DNA of 64,000 nucleotides, from positions 151,032,001 through 151,096,000 of the forward strand of contig NC_043000.1 in NCBI RefSeq assembly GCF_006345805.1, in the 5' to 3' direction. Each line of letters opens with the position of its first letter. Position 1 is the stretch's first letter. The translations under genes and the position numbers were made by a program. Under the pieces are notes generated by a model. That model did no database searches and was not told the origin of the DNA. It saw only the letters and a program-made list of their open reading frames with translations. The stretch is from Octopus sinensis (taxonomy: Eukaryota). Shown here one piece after another: positions 52,583-64,000 of this stretch.

Positions 52583-53620
52583 TGATCTCAATTTTTTCAG
52601 CATAATTGTTTTCTGTTATCATTTAATTAACATCAACTGATCTTTTAAATTAGTTTACCTTTTTCTATGCTTTTAGACTATATAAAAATCATTGTATTCT
52701 GTTAAAGAAAATTGTCTACCATGCTATAAAAATTCACGTCTTTATTTACATCTAATTATTTTTCTCTTACACAAATACAATAAAAATATATTCAATGTCT
52801 TTGTTATCGATTGTCTTTTCAGAAATCATATTCATCGTCAGCTTCGAAAATTAAATCACGTTATACTTCTCACTCTCTTTCTTTTTTGTTTAATTTTTTT
52901 TTCAGGATATCGAAAATTCTGAGGCTAGTTCTTTAGCTCAGTTCTAAAGGTCGTATTTATCTTGGGTAATATATTTTGTCTATAATTATAATTTAATTAT
53001 AATTGTTGTATGAGACCAAAGAGGACGTTGGTAGTATAATATAAATATCTATTCTGAATTATATAGTTAAAAGATCGACATAAGTTTAACATTATATGAT
53101 ATATCAGAAATTCTCGAAAGATTTCAAAATGATCGATTTTAAGTCAAAGTGAGAGTGTCCAACCTACTAAAATTTGCAGCGAAGTTTGTTTAAAATAAAA
53201 CCCAACGGTCTTAGAAAACGCATAAGGACATTATATGATACTTCTTGAATTTTCATGCACTATCCACTATACCTGAAAATGCGAGGTGGTGAAAGCTGGA
53301 ACGCTGTTGGTCGAATAGATTGCTTTTAGCCGTTCGATCTTCGAGACTTAGGTCAGATTTGATCATATCAAGAGCAGCAGCAGCAGTAGCCAGAACAGCG
53401 GCAACAACAACAGCAGCAACAATATGGTTGCTTCGGCAGATATGCTATTGAGCAATATTATCTTGTTCTTGGAGGAAATGGAGAAAGCAGGTGTGTAACT
53501 ATTTAATGAGCAGACTTTTATGAAACTGTTTTGGCTATAGTAACTTATTCCACAACCTGCAAAATCTCAAGGCTGGAAAATTGGGAACGATGTTATTATC
53601 CATATCTTTCAGCTTGTCAA

Positions 53621-54022
53621 AGCGGCGAGCTGGCAGAAACGTTAGCACGCCGGGCGAGATGCTTAGCAGTATTTCATCTGCAGTTACGTTCTGAGTTCAA
53701 ATTCCGCCGAGGTCGACTTTGCCTTTTATCCTTTCGGGGTCGATTAAATAAGTACCAGTTACGCACTGGGGTCGATGTAATCGACTTAATCCCATTGTCT
53801 GTCCTTGTTTGTCCTCTCTGTGTTTAGCCCCTTGTGGGTAGAAAATAAATAGGTATTTCGTCTGTCTTTACGTTCTGAGTTCAAATTCAGCCGAAGTCGA
53901 CTTTACCTTTCATCCCTCTGGGGTCGATAAATTAAGTACCAGTTGCGTACTGGGGGGGGGGTCGATCCAATCGACTGTCCCCCTCCCCCAAAATTTCGGG
54001 CCTTGTTCCTAGAGTAGAAAAG
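53621..54022 (+). mobile_element. Dimeric SINE family C
   Basis: Same two-unit layout as 21650-22045; TSD TATCTTT(C/T)AGCTTGTC at 53603-53618 and 54025-54040. Confidence 0.9.
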
Positions 54023-54251
54023 CTTATCTTTTAGCTTGTCTTTTATTTGTTTTAGACGTTGGATTGCGGTCATGCTGGGGCACCACGTTGAAGGGTTTTA
54101 GACGGAGAAATCGAATCCAGTACATATTTTTTAGTTTAGCAAATTATTCTATTAGTCTATTTCATTGAAATGACAAGTCATGGTGACGCAAACAAACCAA
54201 TACCGTTTGTAAAGCGTTGGCACACAGCAAACAACCACAACACGCATGCGT

Positions 54252-54286
<35 letters not shown>

Positions 54287-54992
54287 GCGGTCTTCCATAA
54301 AAATTCAGTCAGCCAAGTTCACTCATAAGGCAAGTGTCTTGTACTACCGTCCCGGATATCTAGAAAATTCTGGACAATCTGATATCAAAATTCGATATCG
54401 AATCTCATAAAAGTACTGGAATATGATGCTGTAGCATAGCACAAATAATACTATCAACCCAAAGTCCTGAAATTATTTATTTTAGGATGATATTTCTCTT
54501 ATTAGACCAATATCAATCGACCATGTACATGATCTACATAGACTAGATTTGGGGTTGGCCTTTAACTTCTGATGAAATCGGGGAAGTGAGGTGTCCATGA
54601 GATACGACGTGCCTTGGCCGTTTTAAAAGTAGCGAAGCCCATCCGTTTGCCAGTCTGAACATAACCGATTTCTTCTGGAGAGAATGTATGTATGAGAGAG
54701 AGAGAGAAAGAGAGAAAGAGAAACAGAGAGAGAGAGATGGAAGGAGGGAGAGAGAGAGAGATGGAAGGAGGGAGAGAGAGAGAGAGAAAGATGGTGGTAG
54801 AAGAAGACGAACAACAGTCTCCAATACTCCCCTTATACTTTACGGATACTGAAAGGATAAAAGATTTGAACTTAGACAATAGAGATTTGAAATAGATACC
54901 GCAAAGCACACTGCTTGACAGTGTAACCATTAAGCCTATAACTAAATACAGCAATTTTGAAGGCGTATTTATTGAACGTACTATTTCTTATC

Positions 54993-55800
54993 TTTTCCGC
55001 CAAGGTCGACTTTTCCTTTCACCCTTTCTAGGTCGATAAATTAAGTACCAGTTGAACACTGGGGTCGATGTAATCGGCTTATCCCTTCCCCCCAAATTAC
55101 TGCCCTTGTGGCAAAATTTGAAGCTATAACTATTATTATTATGGCGGCAAGCTGGTAGAATCGCTAGCACACTGGACGAAATGCTTTGCGGTATTTTTCC
55201 CGTCGCTACGTTCTAAGTTCAAATTCCGCCGAGGTCGGGCTTTGCATGTCATCCTTTCGGGGTCGAACAATTAAGTACCAGTGAAACACTGAGGTCGATG
55301 TAATCGACTTAATCCCCTCCAACAAGCTGCCCTTTTGGTAAAGATTTGAAATCATTATTATTACTAGGCGGCGAGCTAGGAGAATCGTTAGCACGCCGGG
55401 CGAAATGTTTAGCGGTACTTCGTCTGTCTTTACGTTCTTAGTTCAAATTCCACCGAGGACGACTTTGATTTTCATCTATCGGGGTCGATAAATTAAGTAC
55501 CAGTTATGCACTGGGGTCGATGTAATCGATTATCCCCCTCCCCTAAATTTCGGGCCTTGTGCCTATAGTAGACACGATTGTTATTAAGGCGGCAAGCTGG
55601 TAGAATGATTAGCACGCTGGACGAAATGCTTGCGGTATTTCGCCCGTCGTTACGTTCTGAGTTCAAATTCCGCCGAGGTCGACTTTGCCTTTTATCCTTT
55701 CGGAGTTGTTGAATTAAGTACTAGTGAAACACTGGGATGGATATAATCGACTAGTTTCCTCTCACCAAATTTCAGGCTTTGTGCCTATAGTAGAAAGGGT
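54993..55800 (+). mobile_element. Head-to-tail array of four SINE C units
   Basis: Units start at about 54993 (truncated), 55143, 55367 and 55588, separated by (ATT)n-like linkers. Confidence 0.88.
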
Positions 55801-56759
55801 AATTATTGCTGTTGTTGCTGTTGTTGTTGTTGCTGTTTCGTTTTTGAACGAAGGAATGCCTCCAGATTTATCTTAGAAGGCCATAGAGTATTGTGCCATT
55901 TATGCGTCGAATACGAGTATAAAAAGTATGTTTGAAGTTGATTTTTTTCTAACTTTTGTGTATTCTGCTCAACGAAAACTTCCCCGCCTAAACATTTCTG
56001 ATAAATATTAATCGGAAATCGAAATTGAATCGCAAACTCTGCTTGCCGTAAGTTTACCTCTTAATCAACCGATTTAGCTTTCGAACGAGCGCATGGAATA
56101 AGGCTGCAGTTAACGAGTAATTTTATGTAACACTCACCTACAATTTTAGCGCTTGGTCTCACTGTTGGTTCTGTTGTTGCATAAAATTGGAATAATGCTA
56201 TTTCTTCCTGAGTGAGTCATCGGAAAATGAGATAAATCTATTTAGTAAGAAAATCTGTTTTATCTGGGAATATCCTAATTTTATATTCATCGCTAATGGT
56301 GTCTTGTTTGTTTATCTTCCCCATCTTTCGTTCTCTCTTATTGTGTCCGCTCATGTGATTGATAACTGATAGAACAAGCCTTTGTTCCAATCAACTATAA
56401 AATGTGTTTTTATTAGTTCGAGCAATGGCTGCCTCAGAATCATAATCTCCATGTTCAGCATTGATTCAATTTTCTGCAGAAGACATCTTTTCACTCCCTC
56501 CACCCCGCTCCCCTTGTTTCATTCATGTTATTGTTTGTTGTTGCAGCTATAAATTAATGCGAAATCTCTGTATGTATACATCAAGATGATAACAGACGAA
56601 TATGCACAGACGAGAATTAAAGCTCATTATTTCGTGAAAATCGATTAAAGAAAACAACTCGTACAGTCGATGGTTCAAAAGCGAGATGGAAATACACTAA
56701 CCCTTGAAGTCCGAAATCAGAGCAGTTACCCATTAACGAAATAATGAATTCTGACGTTG

Positions 56760-57262
<503 letters not shown>

Positions 57263-57569
57263 ACAGCTATTGGTTTATTCATGCTTGCTGTATAGACGGA
57301 TGGTTAAGGATTTTGTTTCAATTTATAAGGTCCACTTTCGATCCCGTGTTGCGGAAATTTACGCGTTTTTCCTTAGTAACCAAAATCTCACGTCGAGCGT
57401 AGCAGGAATTATGCAGAAGCATGTCAGAAGACTCGTGCCTGTAATTCAAAATTTCACCTTTGTCACACCTTATACCACACTGCTTCATCCGGAATATTAT
57501 GTTACTAGTGTGTCCGTAGCACTTGCCCATCGACAAGAAATTACATTGGAAGGGTAGTTCAGTTCTTTC

Positions 57570-57802
57570 ATTCTTTTATTCGTTTACATCTTTCAGTCGT
57601 TTGACTGCTGCAATGTTGGAGCACCACCGTTAGTCGAACAAATCTACCCGAGGACTTATTCTTTGTAAGCCTAGTACTTATTCAATCGTTCTCTTTTGCC
57701 GAACCGCTATATTACAGGGATGTAAGCACACTAACATCGGTTGCCAAGCGATGGTGGGGGTGGAAAAAACACAATATATATATAAATCATATATATATAT
57801 TA

Positions 57803-57853
<51 letters not shown>

Positions 57854-57888
57854 ATATATATGTATATATATGTATATATATATGTATA

Positions 57889-57943
<55 letters not shown>

Positions 57944-58147
57944 GGAGATGTACTCGCACCCATAGCAAGTGATTTGATCTGAGATCGTGTGCTGGAACGA
58001 ATACAATTGCAGCGTGGAAGGTGTTTGTAAGCCATTTACAACACACAAAAGCCGTTCGATTCACTTCAACATTTAAGTTTAATTTGTCAAAATATTTTCG
58101 TCGCTAAAATCCGCGACCTGTTCACTGACAGAAATCCGTGCTACATA

Positions 58148-58194
<47 letters not shown>

Positions 58195-58357
58195 ATATAT
58201 ACACAAGCCTCTTTTAGTTTCTCATCTACCAAATCCACTCACAAGGATTTGGTCGGCCCGAGGCTATAGTAGAAGACATTTGCCCTAGGTGCCACGCAGT
58301 GGGATGAACCTGGAACTATGTGGTTGAAAAGCAAGCTTCTTACAACACAGCCACTCT
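57570..58357 (-). mobile_element. SINE A split by (TA)n expansion and a pLTR-like island
   Basis: Tail at 57570-57770, head at 58207-58357. Confidence 0.78.
58086..58129 (-). ncRNA. Hammerhead-shaped motif with variant core (GUGAACA)
   Basis: GTCA-GTGAACA-G-GTCGC[GGATTTTA]GCGAC-GAA-AATATT-T-TGAC. Confidence 0.55.
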
Positions 58358-58429
58358 TGCTGATCGAAAAACAAAATCATCGTCGACAAATAGGGGATAC
58401 TTTGTTGGTATCTACCTATTTACTATATA

Positions 58430-58638
58430 CGAGGAGGTCCTCCAAAGTTTTTGGCTTTAAGGGTATCTCGAAAGGCCTTTCTGGAGGCCCAACTTCCGAG
58501 TTCTTTTACAGGGCTTCGAAAAACTAAAGGCCGCTGCAATACGTATATAAGAAGAGAATATGTTTAATAAAATCATAATTAACTGATCCTCCTGTATTTT
58601 CTTTTACCCAAAACCAGGAACTTTTCAGCAACCCCTCA
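58430..58638. mobile_element. Old Tc1/mariner-type MITE
   Basis: TA-flanked degenerate TIRs CGAGGAGGTCCTCCAAAGTTTTTGG / CCAGGAACTTTTCAGCAACCCCTCA. Confidence 0.6.
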
Positions 58639-58695
58639 TATGTATATGTGTGTGTGTATTTATATATACACATATATCAGCGACTCCATCAAAGA

Positions 58696-58732
58696 ATGTC
58701 TGAAGAAGGAATTTTATTCCGAAATATCATCA
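58696..58732 (+). ncRNA. Minimal hammerhead-like motif, intact core, weak stem I
   Basis: CTGAAGA-A-GGAAT[TTT]ATTCC-GAA-ATAT-C. Confidence 0.55.
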
Positions 58733-58883
58733 GATTATGGATGACTAAATTACAACAGGTATATAGCCCATTGTTTGTATTATAGTGCATTGTTGTACCA
58801 TTGAAAACTTTCTATTCTCTCTCTCTCTCTGTATGTATGCATGTATGTATGTGTATTATATATATATATATATTATATCTATA

Positions 58884-58922
<39 letters not shown>

Positions 58923-59124
58923 ATATATATATGTACGTATATATATGTGTATATATATGTATGTATGTATATATATACGTAAATATATATATATACATAT
59001 ATATGCATACATATATATACATATATACATCTATCTATCTATCTATATATATAGTATATATGTATGTATGTGTGTGTAAGTGTGAATTGTGTGTGTATGT
59101 ATGCATCTGTGTATGTATGAGGTA

Positions 59125-59177
<53 letters not shown>

Positions 59178-59224
59178 GATAGATAGATACACCACACACA
59201 CACCACACACACACACCACACACA

Positions 59225-59259
<35 letters not shown>

Positions 59260-59296
59260 TATATATATGTATGTAAACATATATATATATATATAA

Positions 59297-59630
59297 AGGG
59301 TAAAGACCCCCTTCGGTCATGAATGACCATGGGATTGCACCTAGAAAGTTACCCTCCTAGACACAAGTCCGGGCAAGGTTGTTTATGGAAGACCAGCAGT
59401 CGCCCATGCATACCAGCCTCCCCTCTCATGCCACCAGTGTTATCCAAGGGAAAGACAAAGGTCGATACAGCTTGGCACCAGTGACGTCGCAACTCATTTC
59501 TACAGCTGAGTGAACTGGAGCAACGTGAAATAAAGTGCCTTGCTCAAGAACACAACACGCAGCCCGGTCCGGGATTCGAGCTCACAACCTCACGATCGTA
59601 AGCTCGACGCTCTAACCACTGAGCCATGCA
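59297..59630 (-). mobile_element. SINE head D with tail type 4
   Basis: D head at 59490-59630 joined to a tail unrelated to tail 1. Confidence 0.85.
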
Positions 59631-60280
59631 TATATATATATATATATATGCATACATTCACACACACATACACACACATATGTGTGTGTGTGTGTGTTTA
59701 AAACTTGTGTGTATTGCGAGCACGAATAATTGCTGGGCGTATTGTGTGTATGCAATTCCCATATTAGAATTGGTAACAGTTTGAGTCGCGACCACCATGA
59801 TAATGAAGCAGCTACACAATACAGTAAAGCTAATGGCATCACTCTAAAGCGATACTGTTGAGTAAATGAATGTGAACACGTTTTCCTTATGTATTTCCTT
59901 CTGAAATGGGTGGAGACGGGGTAGAATTGAAATCACGTGGGAAAAGAACGACGTGGACACGGCTGTTAATAGATAATTCTATCGATTGATTTGCTAAATA
60001 TCAAACCTCTCTCCCAGGAAATCGTGTAATTAAATAAGTGTGAAAGGAATTTGAGTGAAAACTTTACCAACATAAGAATACATACATACATATATGTGTA
60101 TATATATATATATATATTATATAATATATATATATATATATATACCTGATGCCTCCATGATATATAAATACACAAATATGGGCGGGTGCGCACACATATA
60201 CATACACAAACACACACATATATATATAGGTAGATATATAGGAATGTAGATTAGATATGTATATATGTATACGTATATAA

Positions 60281-60339
<59 letters not shown>

Positions 60340-60429
60340 CACTGTATCACTATATATCAGATAATCAAATGTTATACACCGCTTGTCATAATACGCTTCC
60401 AATTCTGTCTTGATTGTGTTCTTTTCTAT

Positions 60430-60780
60430 TTTGGCCCAAATCTTTTAATTAAGCCACGTTCCTATCCCCGTGGAGGCCTCCCAATGGGCTTTGTCCAGTC
60501 TCTCAAAATCACTCGGCAACTGCACTGGTCAACTTGTTGTCAGTGGACCTTACTACATGTCCAGCGTAGCGGATCATTTGTTCTGAGTATTCTGCGATTA
60601 TTTCGTTCACTCCGCTCCGTTCTCGAATTACCTGGTTTCAGATATGCTCTCGCAATGCTCTTCCTAGCAAGGATCTTTCCATGGTCCCTTGCGTTGTCTG
60701 CTATCAATGTTCTCTCTTCATCACAACCCACGTCTCAATCGCGTATAACATTGCAGGTAGAACGGTGCTCTATAACTTTT
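60430..60780 (-). pseudogene. RTE-clade LINE 3' fragment
   Basis: Minus-strand fragments such as RDWTKPIGRPP and a degenerate RWAGHVAR..DNRWT-like block. Confidence 0.65.
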
Positions 60781-60788
60781 TGTTTTTT

Positions 60789-61176
60789 ATTTCTTTACTG
60801 CCCACAAGGGGCTACACACAGGGGACAAACAAGGATAGACAAACGGATTAAGTCGATTATATCGACCCCATTGCGTAACTAGTACTCGGCCTCGAAAGGA
60901 TGAAAGGCAAAGTCGAACTCAGAACTTAGCGGCCGACGAAATACCTATGTCTTTACTATCCACAAGAGGCTAAACACAGAGGGGACAAACAGGGACAGTC
61001 AAACGGGTTAAATCGATTATATCGACCCCAGTGCGTAACTGGTACTTATTTAATCGACCCCGAAGGGATGAAAGGCAAAGTCGACCTCGGCGGAATTTGA
61101 ACTCAGAACGTAACGGCAGACGAAATAGGGCTACGCATTTCGCCCGGCGTGCTAACGTTTCTGCCAGCTCGCCGCC
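60789..61176 (-). mobile_element. Dimeric SINE family C
   Basis: Two units inside one TSD GTGCTCTATAACTTT (60765-60779 and 61180-61194). Confidence 0.9.
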
Positions 61177-61237
61177 CTAGTGCTCTATAACTTTCTGTTT
61201 TTGCAATCGTACATACATGCATGCATACGTACATATG

Positions 61238-61271
<34 letters not shown>

Positions 61272-61314
61272 TGTGTGTGTGTGTGTGTCTTCATATATAT
61301 GTCTTCATATAACT

Positions 61315-61640
61315 GACACTCCGTCGGTTACGACTACGAGGATTCTAGTTGATCCGATCAATGGAACAGCCTACTCGTGAAATTAACGTGCAAATGGCTG
61401 AGCACTCCATATATACGCGTACCTTTAACGTAGTCCCCAAGGAAATTCAGCGTGACACAGATTGTGGCAAGGCTGGCCCCCCGACATACAGGTACGACTC
61501 AGTTTTGCCAGCTGAATGAACTGGAGTAACGTGAAATAAAGTGTCTTACTCAAGGGCACAACGCGCCGCCGAGTATTGAACTCACGATCTTACGACCATA
61601 CATACATACATGTACGATCGTGAGCCAAATACCTTAACCA
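61315..61640 (-). mobile_element. SINE head D with tail type 1
   Basis: Matches 7760-8080. Confidence 0.85.
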
Positions 61641-62407
61641 CACACACACACATACTAATGTAGTTGCTATCATTGTTGTTGTTTAAGTGCAGGTCACCTT
61701 TAAACGAGCGGGACCATGTTCAAAGGCTTTCCAGCTATAACCATTCTGTCTGTTTCAGTTACCGTCAAAGTAACCCGGGCTCTAGTACGGTCATTCTTAA
61801 ATTAACAAATACCCGGCCACCCAGCCAAAAATATTGTTGACAATTTTTGTCCCGGTTACCTCTTTATAAATGAGGGGGCAACAAGTTTTCACCCCAAATA
61901 GTTTTTCTTTCTTTCCCATGATGTGGAACAAATTAAACAAAACTCAAAGCCGTCTTAACTTTATTAACCAAGGCCGTTTGTCGGCTCCGCTCTCAATTCT
62001 CATTGCACCCGACCTTCAGAAGAAGGTTGGCTGCTTCTCTGAGAAACACTGCTCTAGCGTATCTATACTTGCTTTATAAAGCAATAGGGTGTAAGTTAAA
62101 GAAAATTTGTCTACTATTTCTAGCAGGTCTAACTATCACGTTGGCCTGAATGCATACATCTTCGTTAAGCAATTCAACGTTTGCTTCCGAAATTTTTTTC
62201 AGGTTTGTTCCAACGGCGAGTAATTTATCAACTCTTTAACAACTGTCATATTAGATCAGTCGGTTTCAAATAATGCACCGCGGCACACTGGTACTCTGCA
62301 AAGGACATCTTGATGCTCCATGGGTACTTAAACCTATGATTTAAGGCTTTAATAAATTTGTAGTACTACTTGATCTTCAAAAAAATGTTATTCGTAATAT
62401 TGTTATA

Positions 62408-63288
62408 CGAGGTGGTATCAAAACGTTCCCGGACTAGTTCAGTAGCGCGCTAACAAATGGCAGTACACGGTTGCATGCACAGTGAGAGCCAGCAGTGACC
62501 TTCATGAGGTGCCGAAAGACATTGCTGTGTTTACTTCGCAAATTGTGAAATTTGTGTTTTTGTTATCACGTGTATGCTGCAGTCTGTGATTTTGTCATGG
62601 ACAGGAACAAAGAACCAGCGTGAAATTTTGCGTTAAACCAGGGAAGTCTGCTACAGAGACATTGGGCATGCTTCGGCAAGCTTATAGTGACGAGGCAATG
62701 GGTCGGACACAATGTTTCGAGTGACATGGGTGCTTCAAGAGCGGAAGACCGTCCCTGGAAGACAATGAGCGATCTGGAAGACATGTCACGAATGTCATCC
62801 CTCGGAAATGTGGTATTGTGTATCGAGAATTCGTCCCCCAGGACCAGACCGTCAATCGAGAGTTCTACTTCGACGTTTTGAAGCCTTTGAAGGAGGACAT
62901 TAGGCGAAAGTGACCGGATCTGTGCAGCCCGAAGAATGAATTCTTCGCGACGATAATGCACTCTGTCAATTGAGCTCTCCTCACACATGAATTTCTCACT
63001 CAAAACAACATGGTATCACTTCCGCACCCACTGTATTCGCCAGATTTAGCAGCTCCGGGCTTCCATCTCTTCCTCAAGATGAAAATGCAGCTGAAAGGTC
63101 GCCGTTTTAACACCGTTGTCGGGATCAAGAGCGAATCGCAGTAAGTCCAAAAGTGGCAGGAACCCTGGTACCGGTATAGTGCTGCGCAAGGTGACTATTT
63201 CGAAGAAGGTGATGTTAAAATTTAGATAAATAAGTTATTTTTTTTTTATTAAGCATAACCAGTCCAGGAAATTTTTGATGTCTCCTCA
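62408..63288 (+). mobile_element. Internally deleted mariner transposon (pseudogene transposase)
   Basis: TA TSD and degenerate TIRs; EQRTSVKFCVKPGKSATETLGMLRQAY...EDNERSGR HTH region; HPLYSPDLA motif; C-terminal QGDYFE. Confidence 0.92.
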
Positions 63289-63688
63289 TACACAAGTTCA
63301 GTTAGTAACTGCTTTTTGCATCTTTTTATTTTATTTATTACATTTTTTGAGTATAAATTTTTAACATTAAAGCAGTTTATTTTTTAGAATTTTCTTTGTG
63401 AAATAAGCCTAGTGGTTATTTATTTAATTATTTTTTTGCTTTCTAGTGTGACAGATTGCAGTAGATAAGCATTCGATAATTGCAACTTAAAGAGTCGATA
63501 AGGTACAATAAGTGCTTGTGTGTGTGTGTGTATGTGTGTGTGTGTGTGTGTGTGGTGTGTTTTCGTGTGAATGCACGCATCGACACACAAGCGTATATAA
63601 TATAAAATATATTCAATTAGTTTCGCTCGGAATATGGTATTGATACGCCGTGTTCGCAATTGTTTTCCAATATTTTATATCTTAATAG

Positions 63689-64000
63689 GGCGATGAGCTG
63701 GCACAGTGGTTAGAACGCCGAGCACAATGGTTAGCACGCCGAGCACAATGGTTGTCGCGCCGAGCACAATGGTTAGCACGCCGAGCACAATGGTTAGCAC
63801 GCCGAGCACAATGGTTGGCGCGCCGAGCACAATGGTTGGCGCGCCGAGTACAATGGTTGGCGCGCCGAGTACAATGGTTGGCGCGCCGAGTACAATGGTT
63901 GACGCGCCGAGGACAATGGTTGGCGCGCCGAGTACAATGGTTAGCACGCCGAGCAACTGGTTGGCGCGCCGACAATGGTTGGCGCGCGGTACAATGGTGG
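63689..64000 (+). repeat. 21-bp minisatellite (TTAGCACGCCGAGCACAATGG and variants) fused to a SINE C head
   Basis: About 13 units follow GGCGATGAGCTGGCACAGTGG; runs off the window end. Confidence 0.92.

Noticed and set aside
52870-52960. Splice acceptor TTTTTTTTCAG as a host exon (also 34290 and 62200)
   Set aside because: No convincing donor or coding frame; such motifs are common in T-rich DNA.
54568-54672. CTGATGA with an AATCGG/CCGATT stem as a hammerhead (also CTGATGA at ~32664)
   Set aside because: No GAAA or stem III in the required position.
60265-60882. 205-aa ORF as a gene
   Set aside because: Composite of (CA)n, antisense RTE fragment and SINE sequence.
63689-64000. CRISPR array or repeat protein
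   Set aside because: Contiguous 21-mers with no spacers, eukaryotic context, and a SINE-derived unit.

Overview
AT-rich, repeat-saturated animal non-coding DNA (intergenic or intronic). The repeat families suggest a coleoid cephalopod such as Octopus; this is inference. No intact host protein-coding gene can be supported. Nearly all ORF-track entries are read-throughs of microsatellites or SINEs. The window holds (1) at least four tRNA-like SINE head types, with different 3' tails swapped between heads, plus dimers and a tandem array; (2) a cluster of about six decayed R4/Dong-type RLE retrotransposons in and around (TAA)n tracts at 19.4-31.9 kb; (3) relics of a Penelope-like element (GIY-YIG), a Jockey/CR1-like LINE, an RTE LINE, a mariner, a hATm-like transposon and two diverged gag/ORF1-like elements; (4) non-autonomous Helitron-like elements and two MITEs with 8-bp TSDs that carry telomeric TTAGGG repeats; (5) one 100-N gap. 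The least expected signal is a set of at least six hammerhead-ribozyme-shaped motifs in short islands beside (TA)n tracts. The best is at 24472-24557 on the minus strand, with an intact core and flanking inverted repeats. Other notable observations are a 21-bp minisatellite derived from a SINE head, a local duplicate that preserves a SINE's empty site, and a 100-bp-arm inverted repeat. All alignments and folds were done by eye.
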